DNA from: Candidatus Micrarchaeota archaeon
GTDB taxonomy: Archaea; B1Sed10-29
Assembly: GCA_964388265.1 (NCBI GenBank)
Contig: CAYLXZ010000010.1
Span: forward strand, 1 to 25,796
Direction: 5' to 3'
DNA: 25,796 bases
Position 1 is the first letter of the stretch. Each line of letters opens with the position of its first letter. Shown piece after piece: positions 18,102 to 25,796 of this stretch. The translations under genes and the position numbers were made by a program. Under the pieces are notes generated by a model, which ran no database searches, had not been told where the DNA came from, and saw nothing but the letters and a program-made list of their open reading frames with translations.

Positions 18102-18201
18102 GGGCCGGTAGCTCAGTCTGGGAGAGCACCAGGCTCTTACCAAAACTCCAAGAGTTTTGAGAGACACCTGGTAGCCGCGGGTTCAAACCCCGTCCGGCCC
18201 A
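18102..18201 (+). tRNA. tRNA-Lys(CTT) with a 26-nt intron at position 37/38 (18140-18165)
   Basis: GGGCCGG/CCGGCCC; canonical BHB with CUCU/AGAG central helix, bulges UAC and ACA, intron stem CAAAACTC/GAGTTTTG. Confidence 0.95.
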
Positions 18202-18214
18202 TGGAGAAACAAAG

Positions 18215-19759
18215 ATGGCTGAAACAAGACACTGGGCAGACAAATACGCAGAAAAACTGGTTGATAGAAAACCTGATAAAGAAGAATATACAATAGAAGC
18301 AGCTATAACACCATCAGGAGTAGTTCATGCAGGTAACTTCAGAGAAATACTCACACAGGACTTCGTATACAACGCACTCAAAGAAAAAGGAGAAAAAGCC
18401 AGATACCTATACTTCTGGGATGACTACGACCGATTCAGAAAAGTACCTGAAGATATAGATCAATCATGGGAAAAATACATAGGCCTACCAGTAAGCGAAA
18501 CACCCGACCCTTGGGAATGTCATGATTCTTACGCTGAACACTTCAAAAGCCAAGTAAAGGAAGATCTAGAAGCCCTAAATATCAAAGACATAGACTTCAA
18601 ATCCGCCTCAGAAGAATACAAGAAAGGAACATTCACCAAACTAATCAAAAAAGCACTTCAAAACCAAGAAAAAATCCGAGAGATACTAAACAAATACAGG
18701 AAAGAACCACATGGAGAAGAATGGATACCAATAAGAGTTTACTGCCAAGAATGCGGAAAGGACACAACCACAGCCGAATATAACGGAGGATACGAACTCA
18801 AGTACAGTTGTAAATGTGGTGAAGAGTCAACCGTGAACTTCAAGAAAAAACCAGGCAGCGCGAAGCTACCTTGGAGAATAGACTGGCCAATGAGATGGGT
18901 TCATTACGATATAGATTTCGAGTCTTCAGGCAAAGAACACCAAGCCTCAGGAGGAAGCGTGGACACAGCAATACCAATCTGTAAGAAAGTGTTTGATCAC
19001 AACCCCCCAATACAGCCAATGTACGAATTCATATCTATCAAAGGACAGAAAGAAAAAATGAGCTCCTCAAAAGGAAATGTAGTGGAAATAAAAGAACTTC
19101 TAGAAATATACGAACCAAGCGTGGTTCAATACATGTATACATCTAAGATAAACAAAGCATTCGACATAGCGTTCGATGAAGAAATAATAAATGAATATAA
19201 AAGATTTGACAAAGCTGAAGAAGCATACTTCGAAGATGGAGATGAAAATAAATCCCGTAGATACGAGTTATCAATGCAGGAAATTCCTGATGAACAACCA
19301 CAAAGAATTCCTTATGGATTCTGCTCAACCATAGCACAAGTAGCTGAAGATGAAGGAAAAAGAAAAGAAATCCTAAAGAGAACCGGACACCTGGAGAACC
19401 CAAGTGAAAGAGACATAGAGCTAGCTCTCAAAAGAATAGAACTAGCTGGAAACTGGATAGAAAGATACGCCCCGGATAAATACATATACGAAGTTGAGGA
19501 GGAGCTTCCTGAAGTAGATATGGATGGAGAGATCTTAGAATTATATGAAGAGGTAGCTGATAAGGTAAAGAGAATGAATGGACAGGAACTACAGCAATTT
19601 ATCTACGAAACAGCCAAGGAAAGAGACCTAGACCTAGGAGAAGTATTCAAATCCGGATACAGGTTAATTCTCGATCAGGACCAAGGACCCAGACTCGGTC
19701 CATTCCTAGCTACACTAGACGAAGATTTCGTGAAGAAAAGACTGAAAAAAGAAGGTTAG
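18215..19759 (+). CDS. lysS: Class I lysine--tRNA ligase
   Basis: HWAD, TPSGVVHAGNFRE, WRIDWPMRW, KMSSSKG, GPRLG. Confidence 0.97.
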   Translation: MAETRHWADKYAEKLVDRKPDKEEYTIEAAITPSGVVHAGNFREILTQDFVYNALKEKGEKARYLYFWDDYDRFRKVPEDIDQSWEKYIGLPVSETPDPWECHDSYAEHFKSQVKEDLEALNIKDIDFKSASEEYKKGTFTKLIKKALQNQEKIREILNKYRKEPHGEEWIPIRVYCQECGKDTTTAEYNGGYELKYSCKCGEESTVNFKKKPGSAKLPWRIDWPMRWVHYDIDFESSGKEHQASGGSVDTAIPICKKVFDHNPPIQPMYEFISIKGQKEKMSSSKGNVVEIKELLEIYEPSVVQYMYTSKINKAFDIAFDEEIINEYKRFDKAEEAYFEDGDENKSRRYELSMQEIPDEQPQRIPYGFCSTIAQVAEDEGKRKEILKRTGHLENPSERDIELALKRIELAGNWIERYAPDKYIYEVEEELPEVDMDGEILELYEEVADKVKRMNGQELQQFIYETAKERDLDLGEVFKSGYRLILDQDQGPRLGPFLATLDEDFVKKRLKKEG

Positions 19760-20079
19760 ATTTCAGCACTCATGAGGCTAAGAGCTTTCTCTCCGCTACT
19801 CTTGATCTCCTGGTATCTGTCCTCTTCTTTGCTGATCAAGAAATCCACGACGTACTGAGGATCTGTGGCCACGTGTCTTTTTGGTCTCCCTAAGCCAGAG
19901 TTAACGAAGTTCATGTCCTCAAGCGAGTCAATAACATCATATACCTTGGTGTAAGGGATGTCTGCTCCATTGGATATATCTCTAGCCGTACACTCTGGGT
20001 TCTTCATTATATAAGCCAGTGCCTTGGATTTGTATTTCGTTAAACCAAGTTTCTGTAGATGTATAGCCAGATCATACAT
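19756..20079 (-). CDS. TrmB-family wHTH regulator (DNA-binding domain only)
   Basis: LGLTKY, TARDIS..ADIPYTKVYDVIDSL, GRPK. Confidence 0.88.
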   Translation of the reverse strand: MYDLAIHLQKLGLTKYKSKALAYIMKNPECTARDISNGADIPYTKVYDVIDSLEDMNFVNSGLGRPKRHVATDPQYVVDFLISKEEDRYQEIKSSGEKALSLMSAEI

Positions 20080-20317
20080 TTAACCTCCTCCTATGTTAAC
20101 CAGTTAATTACATTTCCACAAGAAAAAGTTAAATAGTTTTTGCAACTCCTGTGCGTTAAAACCAGATTAAACCAACCAGAAGTTCACCTACAAAGACCAT
20201 AATCTACGGCGTTTGACGTTAAGAAACTTTATAAACGTGGAAAACAGAGTTATAACAGAGTAAAAGCCGCCCTAAATATCAAAGAAAAGAATTCAGAATA
20301 AAAAATGAGGTGAAATA

Positions 20318-21442
20318 ATGAGTTCTACTAACACACCAAACGTAAATGTAGATAAAGAAAGAATGAACAAAGCTGTAAACACTCTTAAATCCTGGAGAGA
20401 TAGAATTAACGAAATACTAGAAAAAGAATTCGATGACCACATCAGAAGAGCTGAAAAACTCCATCCAGAAGGAGCTAGAATAGTAAAATACCTAAAAGAA
20501 TACACACTAAGAAGCGGAAAAAGAGTAAGACCAGCCTGCATGATAGCAGGATACAAAGCAGTCGGAGGCAAAGACGATGAAAAAATATTCCCAGCATCAA
20601 CATCAGTAGAAGCACTCCAAACCTATCTACTAATCCACGACGACATAATGGATCAAGACGAACTAAGAAGAGGAGGACCAACCCTCCACAAAATGTACAG
20701 GAAATTCCACGAAGAAAACAAATACAGAGGAGACTCTAAAAGATTTGGAGAAACCCTAGGGATAAACGCAGGAGACCTAGCCAACTCATACGCAGTAGAT
20801 CAACTTGTAAAAAGCGATTTCCCTGCAGAGAGAAAAATAAAAGCACTTAGAAAACTAGAAAACATACACAGACACACAGGATTCGGTCAGGTCCTAGACG
20901 TCATGTTCAACTTCAGAAAAACAGCCAACGTAGAAGAAAGCGACACAGACCAAGTATACAAACTCAAAACCGCCCATTACACCATAGCAGGACCCCTAGA
21001 ACTAGGAGCAATCCTAGGAGGAGGAACAGAAGAACAGATAGAAGCACTTAAAGAATACGGAATGAAAGCAGGAAGAGCATTCCAACTGAGCGATGATCTC
21101 CTAGTAATGTACGGAGATGAAGAAAAAATAGGTAAACACGTTGGAACAGACCTAGAAGAAGGAAACAAAACCATACCCATACTCAAAGCATACGAAATGG
21201 GAAATAAAGAACAAAAACAGAAAATAAAAGACGCAATGGGTAACAAAAATTTATCTAAAGAAGAAGTACAGAAAATAGGTGAAATAATAGAAGAAACAGG
21301 AGCATACGAATACTGCAAACAAAAAGTCGAGAAGCTAGCGAAAGAAGGAAAACAAGCAATAAAAAACGCGGAAAACATAGACCCTGAAATAAAAGAATTC
21401 CTACTTGGAATCGCAGACTACATAATCGCAAGAGAAAAATGA
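20318..21442 (+). CDS. idsA: Short-chain isoprenyl diphosphate (GGPP-type) synthase
   Basis: GKRVRP, FARM YLLIHDDIMD with an aromatic residue at -5, RRG, GQ..D, KT, FQLSDD. Confidence 0.9.
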   Translation: MSSTNTPNVNVDKERMNKAVNTLKSWRDRINEILEKEFDDHIRRAEKLHPEGARIVKYLKEYTLRSGKRVRPACMIAGYKAVGGKDDEKIFPASTSVEALQTYLLIHDDIMDQDELRRGGPTLHKMYRKFHEENKYRGDSKRFGETLGINAGDLANSYAVDQLVKSDFPAERKIKALRKLENIHRHTGFGQVLDVMFNFRKTANVEESDTDQVYKLKTAHYTIAGPLELGAILGGGTEEQIEALKEYGMKAGRAFQLSDDLLVMYGDEEKIGKHVGTDLEEGNKTIPILKAYEMGNKEQKQKIKDAMGNKNLSKEEVQKIGEIIEETGAYEYCKQKVEKLAKEGKQAIKNAENIDPEIKEFLLGIADYIIAREK

Positions 21443-21452
21443 AGATTCAGAG

Positions 21453-21498
21453 AGAATTTGCCTCCCCTGGTTTCAGCCAGGGGAGGAAGGCTCACCCA
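21453..21498 (+). repeat. 46-bp solo IS200/IS605 end-like hairpin, copy 1
   Basis: AGAATTTG-CCTCCCCTGG-TTTCAG-CCAGGGGAGG-AAGGCTCAC-CCA; identical to 23601-23646. Confidence 0.8.
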
Positions 21499-21582
21499 GT
21501 TTCCCTTAGAAAAACTCTATATCAATAGTGCCAGAACTAACTTAAATAGATTTTGCAACGGTTTCAAGTTTACTTCAGTTTA

Positions 21583-21735
21583 CTATTCAAATAAATCATA
21601 GACTAGCGATATAATCCAAAGAACCAAAGCAGGATAGAGAAAGTAGGTCTTCCAGAAAGATAAAATCATAAAGGGCAACATAGCAAGGAAAGTAATATGA
21701 TCCAACTGAAGCCAGTGACTGATACTATTATCCAC
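21583..21735 (-). CDS. Small hydrophobic protein (50 aa)
   Basis: GTG start with GAGGT SD, 10 nt after the KaiC-like stop; MDNSISHWLQLDHITFLAMLPFMILSFWKTYFLYPALVLWIISLVYDLFE. Confidence 0.6.
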   Translation of the reverse strand: MDNSISHWLQLDHITFLAMLPFMILSFWKTYFLYPALVLWIISLVYDLFE

Positions 21736-21745
21736 TCAAATACCT

Positions 21746-22507
21746 CTATTCAAACTGTTTCTCTATCTTCTCTACCTTTAATCCCTCTCCTGTGATATCT
21801 AGGGCTGCTTCATCTTCGTAGTGTTCTGTGGATCTCATCTTCTCTATTGAAAGAGTTCTCTTGACATTTCCACCAAGATACTTGAGTAAGACGACTCCAT
21901 CCGAGAGAAATTCACTCACGTGATCGCTTGACATCCAGTCGCTGTTCTTATTTATCTCCGAGACAAGTAGAACTGTGCAGTCAGCTTCTCTAACCACATT
22001 TATCAGTTTATGTATCTGTAGTCTGATTAGGAGATCTTGTTGTATTCCTATGGGTGAGAAGTTATCGAACTCGGTTGCTAGACCGTATTGAGCTAGTTCT
22101 TCAAAGGACACAGGGAAATCAGATAAGGGAGTTAATGAATCTATAACCAACCTATCCGGGTTGTACCTGTCAATCTGTCCCTTCAACACATCTATATAGG
22201 TTTCGTTTTCCTCTAGAGTTCTCTTTGTTATGTCGTTGTATACCAATTTGAGTTTGTTCTGGGCTTGGAGTGACTTGAAGTCCCATCCGAACTGTTCTGT
22301 TTGTTTAAGAACTTGTTTTGGTTCTTCTTCGAATGATATGTATAGTCCTTTTTGATCGTGGTTCTCTGCCCCTTCTTTCAAGAAATGTAGTGAGAATATG
22401 GATTTACCTGTACCTGGAGACCCTGAAACCAGAGTGACTGAGTCCTGGGGAATGCCTCCTTGGATGAGGTCATCCATCCCTGGAATTCCAGTGGGTTCTC
22501 TGTCCAT
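21746..22507 (-). CDS. Single-domain KaiC-like RecA-superfamily ATPase (COG0467)
   Basis: TGIPGMD...GGIP, GSPGTGKS, SFEE, VIDS, EFLSDGVV, EKMR. Confidence 0.92.
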   Translation of the reverse strand: MDREPTGIPGMDDLIQGGIPQDSVTLVSGSPGTGKSIFSLHFLKEGAENHDQKGLYISFEEEPKQVLKQTEQFGWDFKSLQAQNKLKLVYNDITKRTLEENETYIDVLKGQIDRYNPDRLVIDSLTPLSDFPVSFEELAQYGLATEFDNFSPIGIQQDLLIRLQIHKLINVVREADCTVLLVSEINKNSDWMSSDHVSEFLSDGVVLLKYLGGNVKRTLSIEKMRSTEHYEDEAALDITGEGLKVEKIEKQFE

Positions 22508-22539
22508 GTTTAGAGATAAGAAGATAAGGTATATAAAAG

Positions 22540-23475
22540 TTATTCTTCTAGGAAACCTGAAACTAAGAGAGGTAGTAGGGCTGTGGCCTCTCCTTCTATT
22601 GTCACGTGGTCCGCTTCTTTCTTTATCTTGCTCCAGCTTATTGCTTCACGCGTCTTTGCTCCAGATAGTGATCCATCCCATTCTGGCGCGGTTGTTATGT
22701 ATACTGCTCTGTCTAATCCGTCTTTGAATTGATTCCACCAGATTGTATGGTGTTTACTTATTCCTCCACCAATCATCAGTGCTGAGGTGTCTTCTTTGTC
22801 GAATACTATGTCTGCTAGTTCGTCTTCGTCTTTCCATACATTGACGTTGAAGTCTCTATCTTGGCTGTAGGTCCAGATCTGTGTCCCTACTGCTCCGTCA
22901 GTTATTCCTGGAACGAATACATCCACATCATTCTCAGCTGCCCAGTAAAGTATGCTGTCCGTATCATCTATCCTTTTCCCGATTTCCTTTATTAAAGCGT
23001 TAGTAGATAGTTCTTCGTATTCTTTGTTTATCTCCTTGAAAATTGGCTGTAGATGATCTTCAAGAACTGGTCCGTAGCACTCTTCAGGTATCAGGATGTT
23101 TCCTAGCCTGAATATATCCATTTCTTTTAGTTCCTTGTCATTTAGTTGGAATGAACCGTGGTAGTAGTCTTCCCATACTCTAGCTAGGTCGTGGTCGAGT
23201 GTTCCGCATGTAGTGATTATTGAGTCTACTTCACCTGACTTAACTAGCTCTTTGATAACTCCTCTTGTGCCTGTGGATACTATACATGCTGGGAAAGAGA
23301 GGAAAAGATGAGTTTCTTCCTGCCTGATATCTTTCAGTATTTCTCGTGCTGTGCCTAGTTTCTTTGCTGTGAACCCTCCGCTTGCCTTGTATCTTTCAAG
23401 GATTTCTTTGGTGTTGAATTCATTTGGATTTATATCTTCCACTGGTGTTAGAGTTTCTCTATCCATCTGCATCAC
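22540..23475 (-). CDS. dys: Deoxyhypusine synthase
   Basis: GFTA, RLGNI, PGITDG, GGGISKH, DGSLSGA, EAISWSK. Confidence 0.95.
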   Translation of the reverse strand: MMQMDRETLTPVEDINPNEFNTKEILERYKASGGFTAKKLGTAREILKDIRQEETHLFLSFPACIVSTGTRGVIKELVKSGEVDSIITTCGTLDHDLARVWEDYYHGSFQLNDKELKEMDIFRLGNILIPEECYGPVLEDHLQPIFKEINKEYEELSTNALIKEIGKRIDDTDSILYWAAENDVDVFVPGITDGAVGTQIWTYSQDRDFNVNVWKDEDELADIVFDKEDTSALMIGGGISKHHTIWWNQFKDGLDRAVYITTAPEWDGSLSGAKTREAISWSKIKKEADHVTIEGEATALLPLLVSGFLEE

Positions 23476-23600
23476 ATCTACTCTTGGTTATTTTTTATTT
23501 AATGTCTGAATCCTAATTAAGGGATAGCACGTAAACATATAAAAGAAAGGAGTTTCGTTAAGTATACGTGGAATTCTCCCTGGGAAAAGTGTTTGAATGT

Positions 23601-23646
23601 AGAATTTGCCTCCCCTGGTTTCAGCCAGGGGAGGAAGGCTCACCCA
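23601..23646 (+). repeat. 46-bp solo IS200/IS605 end-like hairpin, copy 2
   Basis: Identical to 21453-21498. Confidence 0.8.
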
Positions 23647-23815
23647 AAGGACATAGAATTTGCGTGTTTTAATTATAGATCATCTCTTTTATAAGAGTTT
23701 GGAATATCTACAAAATTATTTTGAAATAATTACCGTAAATAAAATATCTATTGAAAATTTTTTGGGAGAATTTTTAATTGAAAAAAAATACAGGTTGAGA
23801 AGTGATAAATCGTAA

Positions 23816-24238
23816 TTATTCCGAATATATAATCATTTCCAGGTAACTTGCTATGGAATCCAGGGATTTTCTAGCTATTTCTTCAGATGAGGCCACCAGA
23901 ACCACGAGGTCTCTGGGATCTGCATTTAGTTTTGATCTTAACTTATCAACTTCGCTTTGGGATATACCGTAGGCTGGTAGCTCGTCCGTGGTAATGAACC
24001 CACATTTATTCATCTTCTTTATCTGATCGCATAAAGTGACTGCGAAGGATCTCTGTGGCTCTTCTTCCTTTGTGAATAAATTCTTCATGTTAGGTATCTT
24101 AAGAGCGAGTACTTTTCCTCCTTTCTTGATTTCTCTACGGATGAAGTTGCAGTCCGTTCCATTGAAGAGGTAGGTTACGTCGAAGAAGTTTCTTTCTATC
24201 TTTTCTATGCCTGCTTCCTCTGCTCTTTCCTTTATCAT
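23816..24238 (-). CDS. Stand-alone GatE insertion (GAD/AspRS-like) domain protein
   Basis: DVT.LF..T...I...IKKGGKVLALK and DELPAYGISQSEV...D.VVLVA match the GatE insertion domain as I recall it; no catalytic regions. Confidence 0.75.
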   Translation of the reverse strand: MIKERAEEAGIEKIERNFFDVTYLFNGTDCNFIRREIKKGGKVLALKIPNMKNLFTKEEEPQRSFAVTLCDQIKKMNKCGFITTDELPAYGISQSEVDKLRSKLNADPRDLVVLVASSEEIARKSLDSIASYLEMIIYSE

Positions 24239-24269
24239 TTCCTCGATGCTTTTTTCATCGTTGATGGTA

Positions 24270-24710
24270 TCATACCTCCATTCCGTAGCTCTTTGGAGCC
24301 ATCATACCTATCACTTCTGTTAGTTCAGGTATTTTAACCAGTCTTTCTCCTGATATCTCGTAGTATTCATCAAGGTTTTTAACTTTCAGCTTTAGGAGGA
24401 AGTACCATTCTCCTGTGGTGAAGTAAACTTCTTTAACTTGCTCTATCTCGGATAGTTTTTCCCCTAGGTCGTCTGGGTCTACTCCTGTTTTAGCTTTGAG
24501 TAATATGAAGGCTGTTATTTTTTCTTCTTCCTCCTCTGTGGTTATTATTGGTTTATATCCTTTTATGATTCCTTTTGATGTTAGTTTGTCTATTCTTGAG
24601 TGGATGGTGGTAACTGGTTTATCTAGGTTTCTCGCGATTTCACTCACGTTCGGTGAGACGCTTCCTTCTTTCTTGATCTGCTCCACTATCTTCTCGTCAA
24701 GTTCATCCAT
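24270..24710 (-). CDS. Lrp/AsnC family regulator
   Basis: MDELDEKI, HTH SEIARNL...TIHSRI, GIIKGY, TGEWY; SD AGGTAG favours ATG 24710. Confidence 0.9.
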   Translation of the reverse strand: MDELDEKIVEQIKKEGSVSPNVSEIARNLDKPVTTIHSRIDKLTSKGIIKGYKPIITTEEEEEKITAFILLKAKTGVDPDDLGEKLSEIEQVKEVYFTTGEWYFLLKLKVKNLDEYYEISGERLVKIPELTEVIGMMAPKSYGMEV

Positions 24711-24746
24711 ACTACCTATCTTCATTATATTGGGTAAAAAATTTAA

Positions 24747-25796
24747 CTCTTTTGGGTGAGAAGCCCCTATCCTCAATCTTTAATTTAGGTTAGGGATGAA
24801 TCACCATTATTAACTCATAAGAGTTAAAAAAAGGTTAAATAAGAAAAGAACACTAATATAGGTAGACTAAGATGAATTTAAGCTACAAATACCGCTTATA
24901 CCCATCCAAACAAGACAAACAGAGAATGAAGAAACACCTCGACCTATGCAGACAGGTTTATAATCACTTTCTTGAAAAATTGAATGAATTTGAGGAAATC
25001 CCTTCTTGTTATGATTTACAAGAAGAACTGCCAGAATTAAAACAAGAATGGGAAGAACTGCAACAAATACATAGTAAGACTTTACAGATGGTTCTCAAAC
25101 AACTTTACGACAACCTAAAATCCCTATCCAAGAGAAAAAAGAACGGTTATAAAGTAGGGAAACTAAGATATAAGGGCAAAGGATGGTTCAAAACCATAGA
25201 ATACAACCAATCAGGATTCAAACTCAAAAAAACAGAAAACAGACTCGACAAATTACAATTATCGAAGATAGGAGAAATACCCATCAGACTACACAGAAAA
25301 CTCAAAGGAGAAATCAAAGGAGTAATAATCAAGCGAGACAAAGCAGGAGACTGGTACGCAATATTCCAAACAAAACAAGAAACAGAAAAAACAGATATAA
25401 AGAAACAAGATAATGTCGAAGCAGTAGGTATTGACCTAGGAATCCGGAAATTCATAGTAGACAGCGAAGGTAACAGAATAGAACATCCAAAAAACGTAGA
25501 AAAAGCAGAAAAAAGACTAAAAAAAGAACAGAGAAACCTCTCACGAAAAGAAAAAGGAAGCAACAACTACGAAAAACAGAGAAAAAGAGTAGCAAAGATA
25601 CATAAACGCGTGAAAAACAGACGAATGGACTTCCTACACAAACTATCCAACGCCTACGTCAGAAAATACGACAAAATAATACTAGAAAACCTAAACATCT
25701 CAAAAATGGTTCAAGGTAAGATGAACAGTAAGAACACAATAGACTCTGCATGGAGAACATTCATCCAACTACTCCTGTACAAAGCCGAAAAAGCTG
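24747..25796 (+). mobile_element. IS200/IS605-family (IS1341-like, tnpB-only in view) element, left part
   Basis: Subterminal imperfect hairpin GAAG-CCCCTATCCT...AGGTTAGGG-ATGAATCAC (24760-24804) upstream of tnpB; left boundary inferred. Confidence 0.7.
24872..25796 (+). CDS. tnpB: TnpB RNA-guided nuclease (truncated by window end)
   Basis: Manual translation MNLSYKYRLYP...CRQVYN...LSKIGEI...VGIDLG (RuvC-I)...DFLHKLS...ILENL (RuvC-II)...YKAEKA; open to the window end. Confidence 0.95.
   Translation, partial: MNLSYKYRLYPSKQDKQRMKKHLDLCRQVYNHFLEKLNEFEEIPSCYDLQEELPELKQEWEELQQIHSKTLQMVLKQLYDNLKSLSKRKKNGYKVGKLRYKGKGWFKTIEYNQSGFKLKKTENRLDKLQLSKIGEIPIRLHRKLKGEIKGVIIKRDKAGDWYAIFQTKQETEKTDIKKQDNVEAVGIDLGIRKFIVDSEGNRIEHPKNVEKAEKRLKKEQRNLSRKEKGSNNYEKQRKRVAKIHKRVKNRRMDFLHKLSNAYVRKYDKIILENLNISKMVQGKMNSKNTIDSAWRTFIQLLLYKAEKA

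Noticed and set aside
18140..18165. tRNA intron as a novelty
   Set aside because: Canonical 37/38 position with a textbook BHB motif; ordinary for archaea
21583..21754. Shared CTATTCAAA at the ends of the KaiC-like gene and the small ORF
   Set aside because: A 9-bp AT-rich match is compatible with chance
21453..23646. 46-bp repeats as a CRISPR array
   Set aside because: Only two copies, 2.1 kb apart with genes between them; no cas genes
23568..23672. 34-aa ORF crossing hairpin copy 2
   Set aside because: Largely made of the repeat element; no recognisable homology
24239..24273. Possible frameshifted longer start for the GAD-domain gene from the ATG overlapping the Lrp stop
   Set aside because: That ATG opens only a 12-codon frame; an in-frame ATG exists at 24238 and the sequence gives no direct evidence of a frameshift
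24711..24776. N-terminal extension of Lrp in the ORF track
   Set aside because: It runs into the IS end hairpin; Lrp homology and the SD point to ATG 24710
330..25566. Many antisense and alternate-frame ORFs in the track (e.g. 330-563, 3445-3933, 4796-5212, 12628-13254, 15090-15578, 25147-25566)
   Set aside because: Low-complexity F/L/S- or R/K/T-rich shadows of real genes, caused by the A-rich coding-strand bias

Overview
A compact, gene-dense archaeal window; GGTGA Shine-Dalgarno motifs, TATA promoters and minimal spacing suggest a small-genome, possibly DPANN-like lineage, but the taxon cannot be fixed from sequence alone. Core genes dominate: a DUF1610 zinc-ribbon protein with aEF-1beta, TFB, Rad50, S17e, Rpo6, HerA-NurA, Pth2, Hjc, three CBS proteins, a toprim protein with DnaG, SerRS, class I LysRS, a GGPP-type synthase, a KaiC-like ATPase and deoxyhypusine synthase. 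There are four tRNAs: Arg-GCG, Val-TAC, Gly-GCC and an intron-containing Lys-CTT. A truncated IS200/IS605 tnpB runs off the right edge. The most notable observations are: (1) a 1.5-kb integrase-less islet carrying only a COG1672-type ATPase-nuclease, inserted in the 3' end of aEF-1beta with a perfect 32-bp duplication and bracketed by two related dyad sites; (2) an intact 90-aa single-repeat 'half' TBP preceded by palindromic TATA-like elements; (3) a stand-alone GatE insertion domain behind an Lrp regulator; (4) two identical 46-bp solo IS605-type end hairpins; (5) a tRNA-punctuated serS/lysS unit. All family calls come from motif recognition by eye; no database searches were run.
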